From Babesia bigemina (Eukaryota): 64,000 nt of DNA. The stretch spans positions 2,914,001-2,978,000 of the forward strand of contig NC_027218.1 of the NCBI RefSeq assembly GCF_000981445.1. The letters are read 5' to 3'. This document shows positions 47,582-60,000 of the stretch, one piece after another (the first letter of the stretch is position 1; every line of letters starts with the position of its first letter). Below the pieces are notes generated by a model. The model was given only the letters and a program-made list of their open reading frames with translations. It was not told the origin of the DNA and ran no database searches. The position numbers were made by a program, and so were the translations under genes.

Positions 47582-48945
47582 CCTGACCACTTCCAATGAT
47601 CTAATAAGATACAATCACAACGTACCGAGGTTGACGTGCGGATTCTGCTAAACAGGAGACACTACATGGATGAAAGTTCTAAGGTGACTCCCCTTACAAA
47701 CCTCCTATCCAAGCCGCGAAGTGCGCTAGGTGACAAGGGTACAAAGCGCAAAGGTGACACAAAGAAGTATCTCATGGTGCGAAAAGCAAGCGCGACAAGC
47801 TTGGACCCGCAGCCAATCACTTGTCCACTCCCCTCCGCAGACAACATCAAAGACTGAAACGATACCACCATCCCACCTACCTGAGTAAGGAAGGCGGTAG
47901 GTCTATGTATTTGGAAAGATTGTATCGTGACTGGCATGAACGGCTGGAGCACGGAGCACTCCATGAGGGTTCCGGGCGGAATATAGGATGCCTACCCTCA
48001 TTCCGCATTGTGACGCCGCCAAGCCATCTCACATCGGCGTTCTGCGAACATTAGGGCACCCGCGATGCAGCGTGCCGCTGTCGGCTGGGTAGACACCAGT
48101 GCCTCATTTTAGCATCACCCCAATGACCACTTGAGATTGCGAACGTTACCCCACTTTGCCCTGGCCCAACGGGGTGCATATTATAAATTGCTGCATTAAT
48201 CTACGCACGTTGTTCATGCTTTGCAGTTCTATGTCTATGCGTGATATTGCTACAGCGACAACCTCGCCTCCCGTTCCCCCTCAGTCACCTTCCAGCAGCA
48301 TTGCACCATAATACCCATGACACTGCCAGCTTCAGCTGGCGACCCAACTCACTCATTAATCACGCGATCCACAGGCGACAGTTCCGTTTGCAATATCTTT
48401 CTGATGTTAACATGGAACTGTGCTTGCTGAAAATTCCTCACATCCCGACCCTAATGCTGTTGTACCCCCTATTGAGCTGAGGGGCATTGAACGTGTTCGA
48501 CTGACTGGCCACTCAATCCATTTCCCAAGTATTTACCATATGCATGAACTTAAACATCCAAGTGTTTATCACTTGCTTGTTTTCTCTCGCCTATCCCATA
48601 AAGCTATATGTTGGGTGTCTGAATTTAAGGAGACCTAAAAGACGACAATCCAAAAATATCACTATGACTCAATGTAGCGTGTAACATCGTTTTCTATGTT
48701 CTGAAACTGTAATAAAGCGCATGGTGCCATCACTCTATGGGCTCACAAATCTTGTCCAACGTGGCGAGGCAGTGACAGAAGCAACTCCTCAACATTAAAG
48801 GCATCGGTGGATTCCGTTAAGAATTTCGCATACGTAATATTGTGCTGTATGAATGATATAGATTATATTTTGGTTGATGAGTCAAAAACCCAGATGGCAT
48901 ACAACACCGTCCCAATTTGGGCAGTAAAAAATTCGAAGGAACAAT

Positions 48946-51900
48946 ATGATGAACGGAAGTACAGATAATCCCATTGAACAAACTAACTGCTCCCTACGTT
49001 GGTTATAAAGACACATGGTGGCATGAGGAGAAACTAACGGACTGTCCTGACAATCTCCGTGAGTCCATCGACTGGTTGATCCAGGTTAGGTATGGGAATG
49101 GTGAGGGTGGTAAGGGTCTTACCAAGTTGTCTCAAGCTTTGAAAAAGTTGATTGAGGAGGCTATAAGTAATGCTTTTTATAGCCTATGTCCTGATGAAAA
49201 AGGTACTTCTACCCCTCCCTCTACTCCATCTCCCTCATCTGGTGTCTCTCCATCATCTCCCTCATCCACTGGTTGGACTACGAAAATTAGTGACAAAATT
49301 CAGGAGCTTAATAAGCAAAAAGATGAACTTGAAAAGCGTAAAAATGCCAATAATGGTTACCTCACTGAAAAAGATTCCAAGTCCCTTGACTCCCTTCCTA
49401 CCCAGGTGGCGTCTCTTGAGACTGTGCAGAAGCTTGCTGAATTTGCTGATCAACTTGACACTAATAAACGTAATCATAATAACATCCTTAACAACCTCTG
49501 TGTCGGCCTCGAGACTTTCCTCGGCTTCAACTCTACTTCCAACGGCTACGACGGCAGTGGGATTGTGTACTCCGACCTGGACAGGCTGTGTGACGGGGTG
49601 ATGGGATTTTTGAGTGGCGTGCTTGAAGCGGTGAAAAACGAAAATGAAGTGACAACTTATGATAATAATCTTCAAACAAACCTTCAAACAGTACTAAAAG
49701 AGGTAAATAAACAAATTGGCTCCGGGCGTGCTGGGCTTGCGGAGTCTGTCGACGCGGTGAAGGAGTGGTTGGAGGGGTATGGAGAGGAAGTTGGCAAGAA
49801 GACAAATGCAGTGACAAACTCTATAACAACGTTAAGCAATAACTTAATTGGTGGTTATACAGAAATTGTGAAATCGAAGAATGTCGATAACCTGAAATCT
49901 CAGCTGGAAGGTTGGAGGGATACGGTTGAAACGATATCAAATGAGGTTAGTAGAATCAATGATGAAAGAATTAGTGAGTTGGATGACGCACTGAAGAGCA
50001 GAATAAATAATGAAATGAACGTCATTGTAGGAGCTGCGAAAGCTTTAAAGGCATCGTCTATGGATGGGACGTTGCAGGGTCAGGCAATATATGTGGACGA
50101 GGCACTGAAACAACAAGAAAGTGATATACGTAAAAAAATTCAGGATGGCTGTGAGTGGTTGCGAAAGACCATGAGAGCTGAGCTTTTCAGCATGCGCAAG
50201 AGTGTCACGGTTTTAGAAGTAAGAAGCATCAATCATATTAGGGACATTAATGATTGCTTGAAGAAGGCAAGAGAATCATTAGACAGTGCATTGGGAAATT
50301 CCGGTAGCACACGAAATGAAATTCATAATATGTTCACAAAGATCAAAGATTCATTAAAGGACGTCGATCCTGCAAAAAGTCGCAGTAAGCAGTCTGAGTT
50401 ACGAGATCAAGTTCAGATGATCAAACTGGCGGTTGAAAATGTTGATGATACAATGCATAAGCATGTTCACGAGATATACAAGTGGATGAAAGACACCAAT
50501 AAGATTATTGATGACGTAAAACGAACAGACCTGCAAAGTCTTTTCGATGAAGTTGATAATCCGAATAAGTGTGAGAGAAAGAAAGCAATTGACGACGCTG
50601 CAGAGCAGATTGAGAAAAAAACAGGTACATTCAATGAGCAATTTATGGCGGTAAAAGGACGACTAGATGAAGAGATCGCCAAAGTGAAAGGGGCAGATGG
50701 GCTGACTGGGCCCTTAAAACAACTTAGCGAGCTACACAACAAAATTAACGTACCGAATGATGCGAGTGAATTTCAAAAAGATGCTTGGCAATTAGATAGT
50801 CGGGCCCTTAAAAACACGCTTAAGAGTAATGTTACAAATTACATTATGGGTTATGTGGAAAAAGTTCGAAGAAAAGTTGGAAGTATAAAAGGCCTCTCGA
50901 ACGATGTGGGCCTACAAGGAATGAAGAAAAACGTTTGGCAGTATGCTCAGAAATTCAGCAACAAGAACGATTTCACGAATACGGTATTGAATGATTGGAT
51001 TGCAGATATTTTGAAACACAATGCTGAAGTCATGCGACTTCTTAAGAAGTATGTGGAGGATGAGAAGCAAAGTGGCACAGCCAGAAATAAATTAAAAAGC
51101 AGTAACCTGGAGCATCTAATCAGCGGAGAGGATTCAGCACTGCATAAGCCAATTAAAGATACAATTACTAAACACCTTCAGGCGTATGCCTACGGCGGGC
51201 ATGAATTGACATTTCCAGGTAGAACAACGCAAAATATTGTGGGAGATTTGCAAGCTGTTAGGAGTATATGTGAAGCCTTTGCTAAAAGCCTTAATGCTAA
51301 TATTGAAAACGGCGTTGGTAGCGTTGCGAATGACATTGTCCGGGCGATAGACACACCTGGGACGTGGGGAATTAGCAGCTCTGATACATTCCCCAATTTC
51401 TATCTCAATCGCGCCGTCGAGCAAACACTGGTGGCTCTTTCGTCCGCCGCTAGTGAAGCAGCAAACGAGCTAGGAGCGATACTCCAAAAGTGCAATATTG
51501 GCAACGTGGACGTCGCTTTGCAGACAACGGAAGATCTATTAGTAGATCTCCATAAAGCTTTACAACGCGGTGCTGCAGCCCACGTTGGAGCTTCATTGCA
51601 TTCCGTTGGAAAGGATGCTGAAATTGACGACAAGCTTGATGATGCAATTGCAACGGAGGTTGAGAGATCGGAAGTTCAATCCCAACTTGGAGAACTCCTC
51701 CAAAACGCTGTCAAGAAAGGTATTGCGGTGCTGAACGATAGGATACAGAATGAAGTTGTTAGCAAACTTAACAGCGTCGACGGTGCTGTTGGCAATTCTA
51801 TCTTGGATGCTTCCGCTGCTCGACAAGCAATCTTAGGTGGAGCTGAGCTGGTAAGGACCAAACTTGCTGAATTGTGTAGAACGATTAGGGAAGCCGGTAA

Positions 51901-54900
51901 AACTGTTCAGCTGCAGTTCGATCATTTGAAAAATGATAAGATCGAGAATGAACTTGCTGAAATCAAGAGCAGCATCGCATCGCTACGAAGCACCAATGTG
52001 ACACGCGTCACCACTAATATCCAAGTCGTTCTTACCAAAATTGAGGAGCTCGACAAAGTGCCTGGAGCGGTTGACAAATGTCGTGATGACGCGGAAAGGC
52101 TTATGCATCAGCTGTACAATGATCTCTTCGACAAACTCAATACAATTGGCGTTACCGCTGCTAAAGCTGATGACTCTATAAATGAGGCTATACAAGCCGT
52201 CCTAGTCACCCTGGAAACGTCACTTAGGACATTGGATAGCGACATAGAAACACTCAAAACCCAACTTATTGAACAAGTCACATCATCATTCGCCATCCTC
52301 ACTGGAGGTGTTCGAAAGCTGTTCACTGCCGAACGGCATGCTGATCTGCGAGGTTTGGAAATGCTAGTAGAAACGCAGCATTTGGAGATCCAGAAGATAA
52401 TTGACAATGACAAAGCTACCGGATTGAAAGGAATGCTGAAGACGTTGAGTGGTGTTCCCGCCAATTTCAAAGGCTCTGTGTCCGACAAAAATAATCTGCT
52501 CAGTCAGCTTGAAAAAGCTGTGCCTAAGAAAGACCCGCCAACTAAGGGGGATTTCACTGCGCTTGTGCAACACGTCCGTGCCTATCTCACTCCTCTCGTA
52601 GTCTACAATAAAGACGAAATCAAAAGACTTCTCGCTTCCCCTTCTCCCTCCGCCGACTACTCCCCTCAACTCAAGTCCATTTTCGACAAACTCGTCGAAC
52701 TTCTTAATCACCTCGAAAAAGACAAGTTATATAACTACGACCATAATTTTGTCAATTCACTCACCTCCCTCAACTCTCTTGTCACCTCCCTCTCTCCCTC
52801 CTTCTCCTCCCCCTCCCCCCCTCCTCGCCCCCCTCAAGTCCGGCCTCTCAGCCTTCACCGAGCAACTCGGCCACGCGTACGTGAACAGGTACTCTGGTCA
52901 AAAATACACTGCGTTAACTGTTACTAAAACCGTTAAGGAGCCTTCAAAAACAGGTGAATCCGGTAGTAAAGTCACCACCAAAACTGTTACCGATTTAACC
53001 CCTGAGGGCCGCAACTGCGCCAAGGTCTGCCTGACGATAGTGGAGATGGTGAGTGAGGACCTCAAGTATTTGAGGGAGCAATGTGATTCGAAATGGTCTA
53101 CAAGTAGAATATGTTCGAGTAGAAGTCTCGGTGCTTTTATGCAGAAATGCGGTTACCGTGTTGCAATTAAGGACGCCGAACAGAACGGTGAGCTGCAGAA
53201 TAAGGGTACAATGACGGGCCTCGAAATTCATAGAAAACTGGTTGGAGATAGCCATACATATGTTTACAACAAGGGTAAAGATACCAAAAACGCGCTAGAA
53301 AATTTTCACAGCTACCTCAACCTTTATTACGATGTCTGCCACATCGCCGCTTCCTTGTCGACTCGACGCCCATGTTCCATCTCGGAAATTCTGATTTGGC
53401 TTACGAGTCTCCGTCACAATCCCGTATATTTCAACTTGATAACAGACAGTTTCAGTGATTTGTTTGACAAGCGTGAGAAGAAGAAGGCTGCTGTTGCTGA
53501 CGACGATTTCATTGAAGTCGAAGACTTCACTGAACTATCCTTGGCAGCCTACCCACAGAACCTCACGCCTAGTGATCTACATGACGCAGTTATGCACGTC
53601 ACGTCACTCGCTCCAGTCATACTGACTACCATCGTCGGTTTCGGTGATGAGTACACAACCTACGCCGTTGACTACCACAGTAACGCCGCTGGATTTGCCA
53701 TCCCCTCATCGCCTTCGTCATGTCTCAGCATGTTGCTTGAGTTGATGCGTCGACTGTTCCCCGTGTTCAGATTCCTGCACAGCCGCTGTAGCAACCTGGC
53801 ATCGGAGTACGGTTGGTATCATTGCGCCTATGGCAGCGACGTCGAGTCCGCCGGTTGGCAATGCAAGGACCACTCGAAAACTGATGTCGACTGCCGTCCC
53901 AGATCACCGCTCATGTCATATCTCCGTGACTCCCTTCCCGGCCACTTGCCTCACCAACTGACCAGCGTTGACTGTAAATCGGAATGTAAGACGTGCCCCA
54001 AATCTACACCCGGGATGCCATGTATCACTCCACTTGGGTTCAAGGGTTTCTCGGGAAGCAAAAGGACAGGTAAAGACATAAGCAACGTGCTAACCAAATT
54101 CTTCGACAAAGGCGTCGCTTCATGCCTGCTTTCCCTGTCGCCCAGACCCCCAAGCAGCTTGCCGGAACACTATGCGTTCGCGTTGTCCTTTGTGAAAGGA
54201 TGGTCGCATAATGGCGGTAATGGACTGCAAGATGCCATCAACAAATCCATTAAAAGCGTGTCTATGGAGCTACGTGAATCGCCAAACGAGGTAACTGATG
54301 CGCTACGCAATGCTTACGGTGATGCACGGGGTACTCATAATACTGGCCGTCATCCCGAACCTAAAAACGCTGCTGTATCAAGCTTGTCAATCAGTACTAG
54401 ATGCAGAGGCGCAAATCACTGCGGGCCTTATCTGTCCACTCTTTACTCGGACACATATCCTTACTTCGGCAACAAACACTGCAACGCATACATGTCGTGG
54501 TCTGTTTATTTGCCGTGGACGTTTTGGCAGCAACTCAACAGTTTGTATGACGCATTCTTACAGATATTCTGCCAAGACTGGGGATGCACTGGCTGCTTGA
54601 GAGGAGACACCTGCAAAAAAGGGGCGCACGGTATGCTCAACCCAGACGTCCCTGGCGACGGATGCAAATGCCAGTCGATCGTTGGATGCAAGGGAGTTGG
54701 TCCTACATTATACCAATATGGTTTCACATTCCAAGATGTACATTGTCTGATATCCAACGAAACGAAATGCTTTAACCTGCGCAATCAGTTGTGTAGTGTC
54801 CTTAACTCGCAGTACTTCAAAGACCTCTTCGAAAAATGTGATGAGTTCCTCTGGATCATCAGGCAACCCTTTTCCTACCTGGTCCTCACCCTCTGGCTCC

Positions 54901-55061
54901 TCTCTGTGTTGTACCTCATCCACATCATGGTCATCCGCCTCGACCTGCTCCACATCAAATCGCATTTACATAGTCCGTCAAGTCATAGGATTGCCGCTCA
55001 ATCACTGCTCGCTGCTGCACGTGTTAACAAGCTTAACAGAGTGTTTTACCTGCAACCTTGA
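48946..55061 (+). pseudogene. Very large ves/VESA1-related gene (~2030 codons, coiled-coil-rich), split by a 1-nt frameshift at ~52815-52821 (pseudogene, phase-variable allele, or assembly error)
   Basis: N-terminal KLTDCPDNLRESIDWLIQV and GSGIVYSDLDRLCDGVMGFL. ORFs 48974-52927 and 52749-55061 overlap and join if one C is removed. C-terminal SPLMSYL, YMSWSVYLP, TM and RLDLLHIKSH. Confidence 0.8.
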
Positions 55062-55399
55062 TAGACCATCTCACCACCGCTCACCTAACCCACTACCCAG
55101 CAACCCACCGCCTAACCTAACACTCACCCAAATGTATTACCTAATACCTACTCAGCAATTCGGTAGTCGATGTAGTTCATGCATCAATGGGTTCGTGATT
55201 TGGAATGTCGAGTTGTGAGTTACCCGTTAAACGTGCCCACTCCCATGGTGTTAGTGGGCAGGGATGTTGGGTGATAGGTCATCAACGTAGGCTGTTGAAA
55301 CGTGTTGTGATATGTGAAAGTGCGTCGTATGCAACGTGATTGTTTGGCAAGTTGTTTATCATGTGCGTTGTTAGGCAATAAATTTAGTGGTGGTTACCC

Positions 55400-55770
55400 G
55401 ATGTGGCCGGTGGACGACGTAGTTAGGTGGCGTTGGTGGTGGCAGTGTGAAGTAGAAACATGTTTATCACGCAGTGTAGCTTATATAGATACTATTTATG
55501 ACACCAATGTGATAACGGTTATAATAAACAGTGGCAACGTTGTACGGTCTGTGGTGGATAGAGTCGACTGCGCTACTGGTGCCCGTTGACCTGCATGCCA
55601 CGACCAGGATGGTATCAACATGCTTTATCTTGGTTGTACTATACTTTCGATATCTGCATAGTAGTGATGTAACTGGCTGTGCTGTGAATGACCGTTACCT
55701 GGCTGCTATCTTAAAGCAGATGGGAGATCTCAGCCCCCGCGGCTGAGGTACGTCGTTTATACCTGTGCAG
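55400..55770 (+). promoter_or_regulatory. Conserved upstream module, copy C
   Basis: TGACCTGCATGCCAC at 55587-55601. AGAAACATGTTTATCACGCA is shared with copy A (reverse complement). Confidence 0.7.
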
Positions 55771-55798
55771 GTTGATTGTGACTGAGAGGAATGGCAAG

Positions 55799-56290
55799 AT
55801 GGGTTTTGAGTGTAATTGTGATACTAGTTGTCACTATTACGGGAAATGTAGTTGCTGTCCCTGGTGTTGTGCTGGATGTAGTGGTAGTAGACAGTGCGTT
55901 ACATGTACGTCGTTGAACATGGACAGCATACGTCTCAGCTCAGATTACAATTGCGATCCTTCTATATGTGCAAATCAATGTAAAAAGTGCAGCAACCGCA
56001 GATGTGAATGTCCGTGTCCATGCTGTGCAGGTAAAAATACAGGCATACTTCCTGCCGACTGCAATAGCCATACTCCCAGTGCACGCGCCATTTCCGTTTT
56101 TTCGGCTCAATCCAGTGCTAGGTCTCACACAGAAGATGTCACTGCTACCATCGCCACCCCTTACATCATCGCCTTCATTTTAATCCTTATAATTATCATA
56201 GGTGTCATGACCATCTTCCGCATTCGGCCGTTCCACAAAGTCCGCGATTATTGTGCCCGCAAAATGTATGGCTTACATCGCAACCTATAA
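55799..56290 (+). CDS. Small Cys-rich single-TM protein (family member 6)
   Basis: MGFECNC...CSCCPWCC...CPCPCC, stalk, TM, then tail FRIRPFHKVRDYCARKMYGLHRNL (closest to member 4). Confidence 0.82.
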   Translation: MGFECNCDTSCHYYGKCSCCPWCCAGCSGSRQCVTCTSLNMDSIRLSSDYNCDPSICANQCKKCSNRRCECPCPCCAGKNTGILPADCNSHTPSARAISVFSAQSSARSHTEDVTATIATPYIIAFILILIIIIGVMTIFRIRPFHKVRDYCARKMYGLHRNL

Positions 56291-56476
56291 TCAACTCTAA
56301 CAATTTCAATTATCGCACTTAGCTTATGGTGTCAGACATTAACGGCACAAAGCTTCTTTAATGATGTGTTATTAAATGTTTAATGATCATGCACTGTCAG
56401 GTTATTAGCGAGACGTTTCAAAATTTTACCGATATGCAATAGAACAAGTCTTTAAAAATCGAACGATATCAATTGA

Positions 56477-56650
56477 GGTGACCTGTTGTACGCCCTTCTC
56501 GAAAGCCTCGACACGCTCCGCATCCGCTTGCACAGAATATCGTCCCTCCACCCGCAATCTAATCTTGGCCGTTATGTTACTCATGACCGTGACCGTGCCT
56601 CCAATCGCCACCTTGATCTTGATCGATACCCTGACGATGTCCCTGCCTAG
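56477..56650 (+). pseudogene. Orphan remnant of a ves-like cytoplasmic tail
   Basis: Translates to GDLLYALLESLDTLRIRLHRISSLHPQ...DRYPDDVPA*, resembling the LD[VL]LHI[RK]SH tail motif of the large genes. There is a stop immediately upstream. Confidence 0.45.
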
Positions 56651-57068
56651 ACACACAGCCCACCTAACATCAAACCAACTGCCTCCCCGACCTCTCCACT
56701 TTCACCCTTAACCCTCACATTAGTTGCTGCATTGTCACCACGCTCCACCCCCTCACTCCAGCATGGCTGCCTTGGCTTGTCGCCTTCCCTCCTCAGGTGA
56801 GTGGTACGTCTATAGGATTCGTGTGATGGGTCATGGACTTTGCAATATGGTTTAGATGTGTTATTGTCTCAATATGATGCGTACTGTTGTCACTCTGCGG
56901 TTCACTTCATAGCCTTTCCACCCAGTGCACTTAGTAGTCTGCCATGCTGTATTAAGCAGTGTCACCTTAGAGGTGTGATCACTCAAGTGTTTCCCAGTTC
57001 ACATAGTCCTGGAGGCTGGACGTGGAGTTTTGTAAGGGTGGATGAGTGGGTGATTAGAAGGGGACAGG

Positions 57069-60000
57069 ATGGCGGCTAAGCGTACTTCGTCGGTCACGGA
57101 ACACGGTGTCAAGTTAGAGACTCTCAAGGATTGTCTCCAGTTCTTGGAGTGGTTGCGAGATACTAAACGGAGTGGTGCGAGAACGCAGTTGGCTGGTCGA
57201 CTGGCGAGGCTTCTAAACAATAAGTATAATAATGTTGACCGACAGCGCATTGAAGACGCACTGTTCCAATTCCTTAATGAAGTGTCAAAATTTCATCACA
57301 AGCTATGCAAAAAAGCGGATCAGGGCACACATAAACCTCAAACCACTAAACCTGCCCTGAACGCTCTCCTAGAGTGCATTCCAAAGGTGCTTGCCGTGAT
57401 GTACTACTTGCGGTATCATGTTGATAAAGGTTTCGCAGCTATGGGAGGCGGTGATTGGGCTGATGACATGATTGGGCAAGTTGAAATGTTGGCTAGGGTT
57501 ATGCCGTCGGGTTCACTTATGAAACATGCCACTAATATTGAAAAATATCTCATTACACCAAACGGCGATAAGTACGGTGTTATCCCTGGAGGATTTGAGC
57601 CAAGCGATCTGAAGCCAAATACTGGGGGTGGATATTCCGTCGGTTCTGCAATGGCAGCTGACCTTGGAAATCTGCTGGACAAGAATCGTTATAAGGAAAA
57701 TCTATTCCTCGACGTTTATTCTACTACGGTAGTTGGTAATAAGGGAACGGACACTCCGAACATCGCCAACGCCCTCCGGTTGGTGCGCGATTTTTGCAGA
57801 ATATTTGCGGAAGTGGAGGATGAGGATGATTTTAAAAGTCATTTATATACGAAAGAAAAATGCATCAATTATAATCAATTAAAATCACATTGTGCCCAAC
57901 TGAAAGACCCTCTTGAAAAGATTTTTAAAGGCGAGCGGTTTTCCTTTACAGGGTACGGACGCCTATTCAAAGACCTTAATAAACAAAATGTTGCTAAAAA
58001 AATGGCGAGTTGGTTTAGAACAAATTTGGATGATGTACTGAGTAAATTGACGCTAATTAAATCCATTAGTAGCCTAAAAGGTATTAATAGTAGATCTTTT
58101 CAGAAAGGTAAAATCTCGTCTGTTGAACACGCCAAAGCTCTTGCCAACTATTTCAATGAAAACTTCTTCCGCTACGGATTCACGTTTTATGGCCACGACT
58201 TTAACAAATGGAGCAATACGTATGAGGTTTTGAAAACGGATTGGGATGGTGTAATTGGTGTGATGAAAGATAAAAGTGAAGGCCTGGAAGAGCTGGTGCA
58301 AATTTTGAATGGCGAAGTATGCAAACTACAGGATAGAGAAGAAACACAAAAAGGAAAAGAACAAGGAACAGAAGATAAAAATGAAGATGAAAAGGATGAG
58401 GATGAGGAGTCCGAGGATGAAGAGGATGCACCGTTGGATGATAAAGACAGTCCGCCCGTCAAAACCGAAGCCACTAAAACCGAGGCCGCCAAGCCTACTG
58501 CACCTAAAGTCGATGGGACTCCAAACCAGGGCACGAAAGCTGAGGGCGCACAGAACCAAGGCAAGAAAGCGGAGGGAGCACAGAACCAGGGCAAGAAGAC
58601 GGAGGGAGGGCAAAATCAAAATAACGGTTATAGTGAAGAAAAGCCTGGGAGTTCACTAGTTGCGCAGACACCACAACCTCATACTTCAAGTGTTCAAAAT
58701 CCAGACCCTGGATCATCTGGTGCCCCTAGTACCGGTGGTGGTCAGGGCCAAGATGGGCAGGCAGGTTATGATGTTTCTGGTCAACCAAGTCATCACGTGG
58801 CTCAGGCAGGTGCAGGTGACACTAATGCAGCGTCTGATACGGATTCTGTTTCAGGTGGCGGTGCAGCTGGAAGGGCTAAGGGGGCAGGTGATACAAGGAT
58901 AGTGTATCCCGAACTCGACGAGCGATTGAAGGTATACAAGACAATATTGAAAGAAAAAAGAGACAGAGATGAGAAAAATATTGAAACCATACTGAATAAA
59001 TTTAATGAAAATTTAGAACAGATTGAACAAAAGAAAATACAACAACAGATGGAAAACAATTTACAAAGACAGTTATTTGCAAATCTACGATCCGCCGATC
59101 TACACCGAAACCAAAATGTCCCTGGTTACACCGGAGGCCGTGTTGATAGTGGTCGTAATTACTATGATCCGAGAGGGAATCAAGGCAGGCGAGAGATGCA
59201 GCCCATTTCTGCTCTGGATGGACATGTGGCTGTGAACCCACCGCCTGATCCAAACTTTTCTTCGTCCTCTATTCCTGTATCTTCTGCGATTGGTCATCCT
59301 TTGCCAGATAGACTTCGAGCATCTCGGCTAAATGAGGATCTTGTAAAAACCAACGAGGCTCGAAGACGGATATATGCGCGAAATGAATTTCAACGCCGTA
59401 ATTCTGAATTTATTGGAGCGCCAGCGACTGACTCTAGGGGTATACCAAAGTCAATTCCTCGGAAGGTTTTAGACTATAATGGCATACCAACAGGTAATGC
59501 TATTAACCAACCAGCGTCTCCGGTTGAAACTGCGAAACATGCAACCAATCGTATACCTTTCACGGACGTTCCGGAGGTTATATCTCAGTCTATACCGGAT
59601 CCAAACCGGCGAAACCACCTGCCGCCTCTTCCACCCTACGCTAATCGTGAACCTTTAGCCGCTACAACTAAACCTAACCCTATTACCAACCTCCAAATTG
59701 AAGATCAAACGGTTGCCCACATACCGGACGTCTTAGGCGCTGCACTTGCAGATCCACTGAGGACAATTCCACAAGTCAAAATACCAGCGGACATTCGCAA
59801 TGTATATCCGTCAGTGTTACAGTTTACCGGTGTACCAATTCCTTACCCTAAAAAGGATTCTCCCGCCCCACCACTCCCAAACGCCAAACTACCTAAAATG
59901 TCAGCTGTCGCTACTACAACCAAAATCCCACACGAAGTAATTCCAGTGTTTCTTGGAGACTTCAATCCGTTGGTTTCTGAAGCTTCAGGGCAGCACATTT

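Noticed and set aside
55065..55150. C-rich CCTAAC-like tract after the large gene
   Set aside because: No regular telomeric periodicity. It appears to be a low-complexity 3' flank.
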